DNA of 64,000 bases from Bacteroidota bacterium (GCA_013286235.1 JABDGE010000010.1:673-64672), one strand, 5' to 3'. Shown: positions 48,168 to 59,503, counted from the stretch's first letter. A program made the numbers and translations. The notes: generated from the letters alone by a model not told the origin.

Positions 48168-49415
48168 TTAAATTTTTACAAACTCTACCCTGCGGTTATT
48201 GGCCTTTCCGTCAAACGTTGAATTATCGGCAATGGGCTTGGTATCGCCGAAGCCTTTTGAAGTAAGCCGGGACGCATCTATCCCCATTGTGATCAACTGC
48301 GCTTTAACGGCATCTGCGCGTTGCTGAGAAAGTGTCATATTGTGCGCGTCTGTGCCCGTATTGTCTGTATGGCCATCCACTTCAAACTTTAAACCCGGGT
48401 TGGACTTCATGACATTAACGATCATATTGAGGGTACCCATGCTTTCGGGCTTGATGGTGGTTTTGTCCACATCGAAATTGATGCCGTGGGTTACAATTTT
48501 GGCATCAGTAAACGTTTGCCCGGTCATATACATCTGCACGCCATCTGCAACTCTAAAGTTTTTAAATATGATGGGTTTATCCTGACCGCCTATGCCTTCT
48601 ATTTCCAGGTTAGCAGGTACAATCCCGACTTGGGGTACAAGAAGTACCCGGTATTTATCTACATATACCTTTAGCTGATTATTTTTAAACGCAACTGCAA
48701 TATGGTGCCATTTGTTAGCGAAGTTATTACCACCGATGTCGGCAGGCATTGCTCCGTTAAAATCGCTCACTCCGCTATATTCCACGCCGCCGGCTTTTGC
48801 AGTTACTGTCAGGAATTTTCCGGCTGCATCGTATAAAACGAGCATGGCGGGGTACCCGTTGTCATCATAGATGTCATATTCAACTGAAAAACTATTTGTG
48901 AGATAGGATTTGTTTTTCATAAGCGGCGCTACGTGGACGTAATTGCCGTCAGTGAGGAAAAAAGCCTTATCCGGACCAACCATATTGAGAATCGCCTGGC
49001 CTCCCCTGAGGGTCCAGTGCGTGGGAAATTCGCCGCTCTGGTCGTCGGTAAATTCGTCCTCGAACAAAATATTATTGCCGGGTACGAAATCATAATTCTG
49101 ATACGATGCAAGGCTGCCGAACGGAGCGCCGGGAGCGCCCCCGCCAGTTACCGCCGGTTGCGCCGATGCCGCATTTGCCTGTGCTGTTTTTGCGGTATCG
49201 GCGGGGTTGGGCTTCTGTTTCTTTTTAAAAAGCCCTTTCACGCCGTTTGCGACGCCATTCAGGCCGTTGTTTACGGAATTATTGATATTATTATTGGCCT
49301 GGTTGGAGGCATCCGTCTGAACGGTATTGCCCACGTTATTAACCTGGGCTACGCTTTTCCTTACCGGGATAAAGGCCAATAAGAAAAGGACCAAAGGAAG
49401 TATGTATTTTTTCAT
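48168..49415 (-). CDS. Secreted OmpA-domain protein with a ConA/LamG-like central domain
   Basis: Signal peptide, N/Q-rich linker, YDFVPG, WHHIAVA..LKVYVD, then GHTDN, LSQQRADAV and NRRVEF. Confidence 0.88.
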   Translation of the reverse strand: MKKYILPLVLFLLAFIPVRKSVAQVNNVGNTVQTDASNQANNNINNSVNNGLNGVANGVKGLFKKKQKPNPADTAKTAQANAASAQPAVTGGGAPGAPFGSLASYQNYDFVPGNNILFEDEFTDDQSGEFPTHWTLRGGQAILNMVGPDKAFFLTDGNYVHVAPLMKNKSYLTNSFSVEYDIYDDNGYPAMLVLYDAAGKFLTVTAKAGGVEYSGVSDFNGAMPADIGGNNFANKWHHIAVAFKNNQLKVYVDKYRVLLVPQVGIVPANLEIEGIGGQDKPIIFKNFRVADGVQMYMTGQTFTDAKIVTHGINFDVDKTTIKPESMGTLNMIVNVMKSNPGLKFEVDGHTDNTGTDAHNMTLSQQRADAVKAQLITMGIDASRLTSKGFGDTKPIADNSTFDGKANNRRVEFVKI

Positions 49416-49602
49416 GGCTGATTTTTTTATTAAAGGGACGAAGAATACTCAATAGGTTCAATAAGACATTTATCCTATATTTAATTATTAACCGAAGGGA
49501 AACATGGGGGGCGCTTTTAGAATCGCGGGTAGATTAAGCGAGCGTTTTTAAGACAGATTGTGGCACGTTTAACCGCAAAAGCAACGGGCTCTTGTCCTTT
49601 TA

Positions 49603-49636
49603 CCCCTCCCGACCTCTCCTAAATTTAGAGGAGGAG
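49603..49636. repeat. CCCCT..CTAAATTTAG REP family, copy 2
   Basis: CCCCTCCCGACCTCTCCTAAATTTAGAGGAGGAG. Confidence 0.6.
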
Positions 49637-49755
49637 TGTTTTTTTGCCTTCGGTACGCCACCAAAGGGTTGCTACACATAGGATAGCCCATGGGGAATTT
49701 ACTTTTGATAAGATGCTTTTAAAACGATTTCCCTGTAAAACGGGGGAGAACAGCA

Positions 49756-50391
49756 CTATTTGTTCTTTTGTGCATGTAATACCTTTGCCACTGCCTGTGA
49801 CTTGGAATGCACATGCAGCTTTTCGTAAATGTTGGAGATGTGTTTGCGGATGGTATGGACGCTGAGGTAGTACTTATCGGCAATTTTTTTATAGCTAAGG
49901 CCGTCAACCAGGGCGAAAAGAATTTCTTTTTCGCGCGTAGTGAGCTGGTAGTCTTCTTCCTTCAACGGAGGGCCAGCCTGGAAAAACTGGATAACCCGCC
50001 GGGCGACAGACGGACTCATGGGAGATCCGCCCTGGTGCAGGCTGCGGATGGCCTCTAAAATCTCCTGGGGACGGGCTTTTTTCAACAAATAACCGGAGGC
50101 GCCTTCGCGGATAGCTTCAAATATCTTATCGTCATCCTCGAAGACGGTGAACATCAGGATCTGAATGTTATGGAAATTGTTTTTTAGCGTACGGACGCCC
50201 TCTATCCCCGAAATATCCGGCAGGCCGATGTCCATAATAACAATATCCGGCTTAGCTTTTTGGAAGACACTCACGACGTTCAAAAGGTTTTTAACGGACG
50301 CAACGCAACGAATATCGGTTGTTTGTTCAAAAAGCTGTTCCATGCTTTTTAAAAGCACCTGGTTGTCTTCAACTATGCCTACCTTTATCAT
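49756..50391 (-). CDS. NarL/LuxR family response regulator
   Basis: REC domain (ED, MDIGLP, GASGYLLK) and LuxR HTH (LTTREKEIL...IYEKLHV). Confidence 0.95.
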   Translation of the reverse strand: MIKVGIVEDNQVLLKSMEQLFEQTTDIRCVASVKNLLNVVSVFQKAKPDIVIMDIGLPDISGIEGVRTLKNNFHNIQILMFTVFEDDDKIFEAIREGASGYLLKKARPQEILEAIRSLHQGGSPMSPSVARRVIQFFQAGPPLKEEDYQLTTREKEILFALVDGLSYKKIADKYYLSVHTIRKHISNIYEKLHVHSKSQAVAKVLHAQKNK

Positions 50392-50434
50392 TTCCTAAAG
50401 TTCGTCAATTTTTAACAGTGCGCAAATAACACAT

Positions 50435-53326
50435 TTAGTCTATTTCTACGGCGAGGCGAATACGAGTTCCGGCTCCCGGGGAGGAGGTAATATTGAGCTT
50501 TCCGTGCAGTGCACGGGCTCTTTTTTTCATGTTCAGCAGGCCATTGCCAAGGCTTTCGCGTTCCGTATCAAAGCCCTTCCCGTCGTCAGCAACCTCCACC
50601 TTTAAAATTCCATTTGTATATTCAACTACGATGGATGCATTTGAGCAGCATGCATACTTGATGAGGTTGTTAATAGCCTCCTTGAGGATGAGGTAGATAT
50701 GCTGTCTGCGTTGCATATCCACTTTAAGGTGCTTAACTTTTTCCGGTATGCGCACTTCATAATTGATATCTTTTGCTTCCAGCACGGTCGCGGCGAACTG
50801 TTGAATCCTGCTAAACAGGTTGCCAATGGTGTCATTTCTGGTGCTGATGCTCCAAACAATATCGTCCATTTTTTCCATAAGCAGGTGACTCCGCTCGTTA
50901 ATCTCGGCCAGCATAACTTTTGATCTTTTTTCCTTTTCATTAACAGCGACTTCGCTTAAAATAGAGATGGAGCTTAACGTAGACCCTATATCATCATGAA
51001 GGTCAGTGGAAATTTTATTTCGCAATGCCTGGAGCGCAATCATTTTACTGAGCTTGTATTGGTAAGCGCCGTATACCACGGCGCCGAACAACAGCAAACA
51101 GATGGAGATAAACCACCACGTTAGCCAAAAAGGCGGATTAATGACAAAGTGAAAAACGGCCGGGCTGCGGCTCCAAATCCCATCGGCGTTTTTTGCCGCA
51201 ACCATAAAGGTATAGCTTCCAGGCCTGAGGTCATATGAAACATCACTGTGGGTGGTCAATGGCCCCCAATATTTATCGAGCCCTGTGAGCATGTACCGGT
51301 ATGAGACATTTTCGGGGCTTTTTAAGCTAATTCCGGCAAACTCAAAGGAAATAAAATGCTTGTCATAAGGCAATGAAATCCTGCCAGCATTTAATGTGTA
51401 TGGGTCAATGGAAAAGTCTTTTAATCCCTGGATATCGATCTTTGTTAAATATACCGGGGGGGGTACCGTATCCCTGTGAATGTTGCCGGGCGTCCATTTT
51501 AATATACCTTCATTGGTGCCTATGTAAAACAGCCCGCCATCCTTAACGATACAGTTGGTTTCCCGGTTAATATTGTCGTCGTTGATCTGTAGTTTTTTTA
51601 TGGATGGTGAGCGGTAATTTCCGCCAATAACATTGACGCCATTGTTGGTGGCTAAATAAACGGAGCCGTCTGCATCGCAAAAAACATCCTTTACCCAATT
51701 GGCGGTCAGGCCGTTTTCGTTGTTAATATGAGCAAGCGGCCTTTCGCTGTTACCGTTAAAAATAAAAAGGCCATTTGTGCGGGTTCCCCAGAAGGTATGC
51801 CCCTTTCCATCGGTAGTGCTGCACCTGATACGCATGTCGGGATAGCCGGTTAACAGGCCGTACGTCTTTACCAGGAAAGCGCTATCCCCGGCGACTTTAT
51901 ATTTCAATATGCCCTTATCCCGGTAACCAATCCATAAAAAGTTGTCGACGGCTTGCATAGTAGCAATCATTTCGGGAGAGGAAGCCGGCAGTTTTATAGC
52001 TTTAAGCGATTTGCCGTTATACTTCCACAATTCACCATTGATGCCCCCAAACCATAAATTGCCTGCGGTATCTTCGCTCATAGCTGTAGACGGGATATGA
52101 AACAGCACCTTTATCGCGTTTGGTTGAATTGAAAGTACCCCGGCTACCGCACCCGTCAACGTGAGTCCGGTACTGGTCGTCCTGACCCAGGAGACGTACC
52201 CAATTTGTTCCCTGCCGATCATCTGCCGGGAACTATATACTTCGTCTTTTTTTAATACGAGACCGTTTATCGTCCCTACCCATAACTTATTTTCCCTGTC
52301 GATTGCTAAATCAGTTACCGGGTTATTATAATGGCCGGTAGTTATCTTATTGAACTCATAGAACTCATCACCCAGCATCCCTACACCCTTTCGGTTTGCA
52401 AACCAAATTAACCCCTCGTTATCGCTGTAGATTTGCTGAACATTTTCAGGCAACCCGTTTTTATTGCTGTATACAGAGACTTTTCCATCCTTTAAACGGA
52501 ATACCGTATCGGCAAGGTCCCAGAATGAACCGTTATCGGCTATTGCCCATAATGAACCGTCCGCGCCGGCGGTAACTTCTCTTATAGGTTTATTTGCAAA
52601 AAAGGTTTGGGGATGATCCCAATGGTTTGTTGTACCCGGTGGCGGGTAAAGGGAAATTCCTTTGCCGGTAAGGACACAAACCCGGTTTGCCGCGAAAGTC
52701 AGTCCGGATATCAACAGATTTTGGACAAAATGGTCGACCAACAATGGCAGGCCATTGTTGATGCGGTAATGGAAAATGCCCTGGTCAGTACCTAAAAGGA
52801 TGGTTTTATCCGTCAGTTGCAGAACGCTGTTCGTTTTTGAGCGTAGCGAGTTGTTGGCCGGGTCAAACAGCCTGAAAGATTTGCCGTCAAAGAGGTAGGG
52901 CGAATTAAGGTTGACGACCAAATACTGGTTTTTACCGATTTGGGTCATCGATGATACTGAGTTTGCAGTCGCTTCGGTTAAAGCAGGGTCGACGCGATAA
53001 TTAATAAACTTTTTTCCATCGAATTTATAGATACCGTTATAAAATGTTGTGACCCACATTATGCCATGCCAGTCCTTGTAAAAGCCGGTCACGTAAAGCT
53101 GGCCAACGGTTGTTTTTATTTTTGGCTGGTAGAAGCGTTTTCCGTCGAACCAACTAATACCGAAATCAGTGCCGATCCAAAGCAGGCCGCGATCATCCCG
53201 GGCCACGGCCTGCACATTGTTATCGCGCAATCCGTCCTTTATGCCGTAGTTCTTAAACGGCATAATTTGAGCGCTCAGGCTTGAGCACAGGATGAGCAGT
53301 CCGATGATTATTGATAGCCGGAACAT
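50435..53326 (-). CDS. Sensor histidine kinase with periplasmic beta-propellers, Y_Y_Y and HisKA_3/HATPase
   Basis: Reg_prop repeats (LWIGT..G), YRYMLTG Y_Y_Y, PPFWLTWWF TM, DLHDDIGS, KEAINN, DDGKGF and GNGL. Confidence 0.93.
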   Translation of the reverse strand: MFRLSIIIGLLILCSSLSAQIMPFKNYGIKDGLRDNNVQAVARDDRGLLWIGTDFGISWFDGKRFYQPKIKTTVGQLYVTGFYKDWHGIMWVTTFYNGIYKFDGKKFINYRVDPALTEATANSVSSMTQIGKNQYLVVNLNSPYLFDGKSFRLFDPANNSLRSKTNSVLQLTDKTILLGTDQGIFHYRINNGLPLLVDHFVQNLLISGLTFAANRVCVLTGKGISLYPPPGTTNHWDHPQTFFANKPIREVTAGADGSLWAIADNGSFWDLADTVFRLKDGKVSVYSNKNGLPENVQQIYSDNEGLIWFANRKGVGMLGDEFYEFNKITTGHYNNPVTDLAIDRENKLWVGTINGLVLKKDEVYSSRQMIGREQIGYVSWVRTTSTGLTLTGAVAGVLSIQPNAIKVLFHIPSTAMSEDTAGNLWFGGINGELWKYNGKSLKAIKLPASSPEMIATMQAVDNFLWIGYRDKGILKYKVAGDSAFLVKTYGLLTGYPDMRIRCSTTDGKGHTFWGTRTNGLFIFNGNSERPLAHINNENGLTANWVKDVFCDADGSVYLATNNGVNVIGGNYRSPSIKKLQINDDNINRETNCIVKDGGLFYIGTNEGILKWTPGNIHRDTVPPPVYLTKIDIQGLKDFSIDPYTLNAGRISLPYDKHFISFEFAGISLKSPENVSYRYMLTGLDKYWGPLTTHSDVSYDLRPGSYTFMVAAKNADGIWSRSPAVFHFVINPPFWLTWWFISICLLLFGAVVYGAYQYKLSKMIALQALRNKISTDLHDDIGSTLSSISILSEVAVNEKEKRSKVMLAEINERSHLLMEKMDDIVWSISTRNDTIGNLFSRIQQFAATVLEAKDINYEVRIPEKVKHLKVDMQRRQHIYLILKEAINNLIKYACCSNASIVVEYTNGILKVEVADDGKGFDTERESLGNGLLNMKKRARALHGKLNITSSPGAGTRIRLAVEID

Positions 53327-53400
53327 CCCTATAAATATATAGAGAGATTCCGGGCATTTCAAAGCGCTAAATTATACCGGGTAATGGCTGATCCACAAAC

Positions 53401-53435
53401 AAAAAGCCGACCCTCAACAGTGTTAGGGGCCGGCT
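53401..53435 (-). terminator. Probable terminator after gpx
   Basis: Imperfect AGCCGGCCCCT/AGGGTCGGCT stem followed by a T run on the minus strand. Confidence 0.55.
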
Positions 53436-53456
53436 GGAAAAATGTTTTTAGGCAAC

Positions 53457-53969
53457 TTACAGGTATTGAGTCAGCTTAGGATCAAGCGGGGTTGTTTGCG
53501 AGCGGAAACGGTGGATCAACTTGCCGTTTTCGTCTATCAGGAATTTTTCGAAGTTCCATTTGATGTCGCCGGTAAAGTCGGGATTTGGCGCTTCTGTTAA
53601 ATATTTGAACAATGGACAAATGTCATCTCCTTTTACACTGACTTTTTCGCTCAACGGGAAAGTAACACCGTAGTTCTTTGAGCAAAAGGTTTTGATTTCG
53701 GTCGCGGTGCCGGGTTCCTGCTGCCCGAAATTGTTTGCCGGGAAGCCAACTACTACCAACTTGTCTTTATACATGTCAGCCAATTGTTGCAGTTCCTTGT
53801 ATTGCGGAGTAAAGCCGCACTTGGAAGCAGTGTTAACAACTAATACTTTTTTCCCTCTGTATTGGGCCAGGGAAAAATCTTGTCCGTCAATGTTTTTCAG
53901 TTTAAACTCATAAACCGAAGAGGGCGCCGCCACAAACAGCATCGCGAATAATAAAAAAAGTGCTTTCAT
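53457..53969 (-). CDS. Cys-type glutathione peroxidase (BtuE/Gpx family), exported
   Basis: NTASKCGFTPQY, GFPANNFGQQEPG and WNFEKFL; hydrophobic N-terminal signal. Confidence 0.95.
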   Translation of the reverse strand: MKALFLLFAMLFVAAPSSVYEFKLKNIDGQDFSLAQYRGKKVLVVNTASKCGFTPQYKELQQLADMYKDKLVVVGFPANNFGQQEPGTATEIKTFCSKNYGVTFPLSEKVSVKGDDICPLFKYLTEAPNPDFTGDIKWNFEKFLIDENGKLIHRFRSQTTPLDPKLTQYL

Positions 53970-54078
53970 ATCTTAACGTATTGGTTTTTAGCTTTTGTTC
54001 GAGCAAAATTAGCCATTAAAACCCCGCTTATTCAAATAGAAATCTTCTTTTTCTGTCATTTTTTTGCAGGGATGTTTG

Positions 54079-54286
54079 TTACAGATCGCTTTCGCCGATG
54101 TCAGCGATATTCATCAGCTTTTTCTGTAATCCTATTTTAAGGTCCTGGTTTTTATGAACTGGTACAGAAACGATTTCAATTTTATTGGGATGAGAAAAAA
54201 TATAGTGACTGCCATTGATCCTTTTTCAGTACCCAGCCTTTTTTTTCTAATATTTTAATAAAAATCTTGCCAGGGACGGGTTTCAT
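54079..54286 (-). pseudogene. hicA: HicA toxin (mRNA interferase), +1 frameshift
   Basis: Reconstructed MKPVPGKIFIKILEKKGWVLK/RINGSHYIFSHPNKIEIVSVPVHKNQDLKIGLQKKLMNIADIGESDL*. One extra A in an A5 run (54222-54226); length 208 nt = 3n+1. Confidence 0.85.
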
Positions 54287-54485
54287 ACAGCCAATTCCAG
54301 AATTGTGTCATGATCGCCGACAGACCCGGGTTCTATTTCCACGCTCAAACAGCCTTTAACAGCCTCGTAAATATTAGGTATCAGCTCTTCGAGTGTTTCC
54401 GCTTGTGTCACACAGCCGGGTAAGGCTGGAACCTCTGCCATAAGCCACCTTCTTCGGCGGTGTGTATAATTACTTTCAATTTCAT
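54283..54485 (-). pseudogene. hicB: HicB antitoxin, -1 frameshift
   Basis: MKLKVIIHTAEEGGLW/AEVPALPGCVTQAETLEEL...ILELAV*. One G missing at TGG-GCA (~54438); length 203 nt = 3n-1; TAGATTTG promoter box at 54502-54509. Confidence 0.85.
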
Positions 54486-54595
54486 AATTCGTGCTTTTAA
54501 TCAAATCTAAAAAAATAAAGCGAAATTGTAGTGACCCGTAGTAAATGGTATTTAGGATGACAACAGCCTTTGACTATTTGTGAATGCTTTAGCTG

Positions 54596-55021
54596 CTAAA
54601 AGCTTCGCAGGTGTAAATAAAAGTCCTCTTTAGACGACATTTTCTTACTATCAGAGGGATTTTTGTCTTTATATCCGAGTAAATGCAAGGCGCCGTGGAT
54701 AATTACCCGGTGCAGCTCGTCAGTTTCTGTCACATTGAATTTGGCGGCATTTTCGCGGATGCGTTCTACGGAAATAAAGACATCCCCAACAATCAATTTT
54801 TCAACTTCTGAATTATCAAAAGTGATGATGTCAGTATAGGTATCATGATCGAGATATTGCCGGTTTACCTGCAATAAATATTGATCGGAGCAAAAAATGT
54901 AGTTGAGTTCTTTTAGGAGATAACCCTCGGCAGCGATGGTTTCTTTGATCCAGTTTTTTAAAGCGGTTTTATGTTTTAGCTTATAGGTGATGTCTTCTTC
55001 AAAAAAACGGATAACCGGCAT
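54596..55021 (-). CDS. ybeY: rRNA maturation endoribonuclease YbeY
   Basis: YTDIITF, GDVFIS and HGALHLLGY zinc motif. Confidence 0.96.
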   Translation of the reverse strand: MPVIRFFEEDITYKLKHKTALKNWIKETIAAEGYLLKELNYIFCSDQYLLQVNRQYLDHDTYTDIITFDNSEVEKLIVGDVFISVERIRENAAKFNVTETDELHRVIIHGALHLLGYKDKNPSDSKKMSSKEDFYLHLRSF

Positions 55022-55443
55022 TATATTTTAAAGTGAAGTTCAACTTCGTTGCCTTTGGTGTTGAATATGCACTGGTCAGCCAGGTGTTTCATAATGAATA
55101 CGCCCCTGCCGGTTAAATTTTCAACATTTTCGGGCGCGGTTGGATCCGCGAGGTTATTGTAATCGAAACCCTCGCCTTCGTCGGTAACCGTCCAAACAAT
55201 GCGCCTGTTTTCAATTTCGGCATTGATGATCACTTTTTTATTGGGGTCAAGCTTGTTACCGTGCACAATAGCATTGATGGTAGCTTCGCTCAAAGTGGTC
55301 ATCATATTAGCAAAAGTGTCTTCGCTAATATTGTGCTTATCGGCAATTTCTTCGATCAAATTTTCCAGCAGTGTTATGCTTTCCTGTTTCGACGGAAGTT
55401 GTAAGGTGTACATTTCACTGGTTTGAACATTTGATTGGTCCAT
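55021..55443 (-). CDS. RsbW-like HATPase_c_2 ATP-binding protein
   Basis: EATINAIVHGN, DEGEGFD and GRGVFIM; TAATG overlap with ybeY. Confidence 0.9.
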   Translation of the reverse strand: MDQSNVQTSEMYTLQLPSKQESITLLENLIEEIADKHNISEDTFANMMTTLSEATINAIVHGNKLDPNKKVIINAEIENRRIVWTVTDEGEGFDYNNLADPTAPENVENLTGRGVFIMKHLADQCIFNTKGNEVELHFKI

Positions 55444-55444
55444 A

Positions 55445-58400
55445 TCATTTAACGTTGAGTAGATCAAAGTAAGATTTAATTTTTAATTTGTAATAAAAAT
55501 TCAAAGCAGGCGGTATTGTTTTAACCTGTTCCGTTTGTTTTTCTTTGGTTTGCTGGTATTCCTGCAATGCCTTTATATAACCCGGAGGAATATCCTTGCC
55601 CGCATGGCTTTCACGCTGCTGGTCCTGCTCGCGCTGCTGCTCCGCTTTTTCCGCCTCCAGCAACCGTGTCTGAATTTGCTGCTGGCGTTTCAGGGATTCC
55701 TCCGATATGCGCCTGTTTACGAGATCGCGTTCGGTTTGTTCCATTTGTTGCGAAATTTTATCCAAATTCCCCAACCCGTTAGTCCCGTCGTTGTTTTCAT
55801 CCCGGTTAATCTGTTCGAGGGCCTGTCGTATCTCCTGTTGCTGACGGGCTAATTTAGCTAATTGTTCGCTAATATTCCCATTATTATTTTCGCCTGCACT
55901 TTTTCCTTTATTTCCTTGCTGCTGCATTTGCTGGCGGGCTTTCTCCATGTTTTGGTTCAATTGCTGTTGCATGCGGGCCAGTTCCGATACCGATTGCTGC
56001 TTCCCCTTTCCTTTGCCGCTTTTTCCTTTGCTCATGGCGTTTTGCAGTTGTTCCAGGGCCTCGCTCAGCATCAGCGCGAGGTTATTCATGGATGTCATGG
56101 AAAATTGCTGGTTGCGCGACGCCTCGGGTGTAAGCCTGTCGCCCATGTTCTGCAGCGCCTGGTCGATGTGATCGTTTATACTCGATACTTCCTGGTTTAC
56201 GGTTGTTTGTATCTGAGGTATGCGCTTGCTCAGTGAATAAAGACTGTCTTCCGCAGTCTTAAGGTTGTCTTTGATACCCTTTTGCGTTTGCGCCAGCGTT
56301 ATATAGTTCGGATCAGTTGTGCTGGTTCCCTTCAAGGTTTCCATCACTTTCTCCTGGTCGAACGAGCTGTTGATCAAATTTTTGAGCAATTCGCGCAATT
56401 GGGCCTCATCTACCTGGGCTTCGCTGTCCTCGCCTTCCTGCTCTTTCTGCTGCATTTTATCAGCCAGCTGTTTCATTTGGTCGGCAGCCTGCTTCTGCGA
56501 TTGGGAGGCTTTTTGAGGATCATTTTTGCCCAGTTCTTCGGTACTTTTCTCCATTTGCTGGTCGATGTTTTGTTCCTCCGATTTGGGGTTTTCAAATTCC
56601 TGCTTATGGGTCTGCTGCTGGTTGGCTTTGTCCAGGTCATCCAGGGATTTTTTTATATCATTGAAATTCTTATTTAAATTTTCCTGCTCCATCTTTAGGT
56701 TCTGCGCATCGGCACCGGGCTCTTTGCCTTGTTCCGATAGTTTTTGCTGCTCTTCCGACAGGTTTTTCAATTGATCTGCATTCTGATTCAGCTTTTGCTC
56801 AAAGTCCAGCTTTTTATAAAGCTCCAGCATCCGGTCGAGCTCCTTGCGCAGATCTTTATTATCCATCTGCATTTTTGAAAGCTGATCCCGGGCGCCTTCT
56901 TTTTGATCCTGCTCCAGCATTTCCTGTAGCCGCTGAAGCATTTCCTGGGTTTTGGGGTCGAGCAGCTTATCCAGCAATTGCTCCATTTGCTGCTGCTTTT
57001 CGGTCATGCTCTTATCTTGCTGCTGGTTTTCCTGCCGGTTGAATAAGTTCTTTTTGTTCTCGTCCTGTATTTGCTTAACAAGGTCGTCCAGGTCCTTCTT
57101 TTTTTGCATCAGGTCCTGTATCTGCTTTTTCTCGTCGAACGAGAGGTTGTTTTTATCAAGGAGCATCTGGTTCAGCTTTTGCGATTCCCGCTCCACCTGG
57201 CCGGCCAGTTTTATCGCCGATTCCATTTTTTGTTTTACCACCTCCGTGCCGGCGTTCAACTCATTATTCAGTTCGGCAGCATTTGGAATGTTAATAGTTC
57301 TTTCGGGCGACCGGACTTTTTTTAGGGCCGTTCACCGCATCGTTATCAGCTACTTCAAAATAATAGGTTACCTGGTCTCCGGGCTTTATGCCCATGTCCC
57401 GGAGGTTCCAGTAATAGAAAAAGTTGGACTGCGTTTGCGCCAGGTCAGCTTTAACTGGTTTTGAATAGCTTTTTAAATGAAGTTTGTCCATCGGGTCGCC
57501 CACCTTATAATTAAAGGTGAGTGACGAAAAACCATGGTCGTCCTGTATGGTGCCGTCAAAATAAAGTGCCTTAAGGCTCACCGAGTCCTGTTTTTCTTGC
57601 ACAGTAATGGTTGGCGGTTCGTCAGCAATAACATTAATGCGATAACTGGCCGAGTCGCTGTGGCTGACTGTGGCATTCAGGGGATTTAATTTGTAGACGC
57701 TGTTTTTAATAACTTTTTCCTGGTAATCAAATGCGTCCGGCCCAACCGAGGCAACCGGGGCTGGAATATCGTTCATCGCAAAGCGTAACGCAGTTGCATT
57801 TTGCGTATGGAAATGCCATTTTACGATCGTACCGGCCGGGATAGTCAGGTCTCCGGCATTTGGGAGCGATTCGTTCTTTTTATGAAGATATGCCGGATAG
57901 CTTAAATCCACATCAAAATGCAGCAATGCGGGCCGCAGGTTCACTTTTATTTGGTAGGGAGCGGAAGTAAACCCGTTTGCAGTGAGCGTAAAAACAGTGT
58001 TTTGCTGCAGGTTGGTAAATAGGAAATGAAAACGGGTGAGGTTATCTTTATCCAGCTTAAAGGTGTTACCCCCGGTTTCTACATACACGTCGGCAGGGAG
58101 TTTATTGCCCTGCAGCTTCAAATCGAGCTTGAGATCGTCGCCCTGTACAACCGATAAAGAATTGTTCTGCAACATAAAATTGAAGGGGGCAACCGGGGCG
58201 AAGTACTCGTTATGGCGGATGAGCTTTTTGGTGCTTTCGGTTAAAACGGATGGCGCCGCCAGGGCAATGATGCAGATAAGGCCGGCAGGGAAAATGACCC
58301 ATTTGAGATATTTGCTGTTCTCGCGGATGTTGATGGCCGAAGGGAAGCTAACCGGCTTCAAAGCCTCGATCTTTTGGTCGATGCTGGCTTCGATGAGGGC

Positions 58401-58784
58401 TCCATGTTGTGGATCGGCATCCGCCTGTTTCTTAAGCTGAAGCGTATTGAGCAGCTTGTCCTGCACATCGCTGAAATGCCGGCCGATGATTTCGGCTGCC
58501 TGATCATGAGACAGGGATTTCCCGAGTTTTAACCATGCCAGCATTGGCGGCAGGATCAGCCAGCCAATGAAGCCGAGATTTAAAATAATAAAAAAGTAAA
58601 AAAGAATGGTGCGGAAACTGGTATTAAAGTTTCCGAAGTATTCGCTTACCGTTATCACCACGTAGGCGGAAAACAAGCCGGCGCCCAAAAAGATGAGCCC
58701 CCGCAAAAACTGGTTGAAATAGTATTTGCGGATAAAGACGTTGATCTTGTCGATCAGCAGCTCATAGTTGCCGGTTGAATTCAT
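55445..58784 (-). pseudogene. DUF4175-type membrane-anchored Ig plus Gln-rich coiled-coil protein, split by a +1 frameshift (about 1112 aa if joined)
   Basis: The 497-aa and 604-aa ORFs join in frame as ..DNDAVNGPKKVRSPERTINIPN.. if one A is removed from the A7 run at 57317-57323; span 3340 nt = 3n+1. Confidence 0.85.
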
Positions 58785-59065
58785 CTTAGATTATCCTGAT
58801 AAACGAAAATACAATTGTAATCATATAAATGATAACATTTTGTTGATTAAACTGATGAATCTTGCGGGAATGCTTGAAAGATGGTACAGGCTACCCTGAT
58901 TTTCACCGGAACTTAGCTCTTTAAGCGGGAATAGTACCTTCATCTACAGCGCGAAATCCGGAATAAAAAATAGTCCGGCCACTATCGTGACGAAAAGATG
59001 ATAAATCGGAAGACAATATTTTCTATTTTTGTAAGGCAAACTTGTTAGTTTAGCTTACTAAATAA

Positions 59066-59503
59066 ATGGATCAACCAGACGACCTTCAATTTGCTTCGGA
59101 ATTGAGAACTGCGATCAATAAATTGATCAAAAAGCTGAGGAAAGAATCGCCGACAGGACAGAAATTTTCCCTAACAGAACGCTCGGTGATGTCTTCATTA
59201 TTCCACAATGAAGCGATGTTGCCAAGCGAGTTAGCCGCCATTGAGATGATCACTAATCAAAGCATGTCGCAGGTGTTAAATAAGTTACTCGACCACGGGT
59301 ATATCATCCGCATCCCATCAGAAACCGACAAAAGAAAGGTAAACATTTCTTTATCGGAAGAAGGAAAAGCAACCTTTTTGAAATTTAAGCACGAACGGGA
59401 CGAATGGCTGTTAAAAGCAATTCAAGCTACCTGCACCCTTGAGGAGCAGCAATTGTTAAAAGCGGTTATCATACCAATCACTAAGCTGATTGGTGTTAAA
59501 TAA
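59066..59503 (+). CDS. MarR family transcriptional regulator
   Basis: PSELAA..ITNQSMSQVLNKL and DKRK...LSEEG; TATTTTTG promoter box at 59024-59031. Confidence 0.92.
   Translation: MDQPDDLQFASELRTAINKLIKKLRKESPTGQKFSLTERSVMSSLFHNEAMLPSELAAIEMITNQSMSQVLNKLLDHGYIIRIPSETDKRKVNISLSEEGKATFLKFKHERDEWLLKAIQATCTLEEQQLLKAVIIPITKLIGVK

Noticed and set aside
53457-53969. Selenocysteine glutathione peroxidase
   Set aside because: The active-site codon is TGC (Cys), not TGA.
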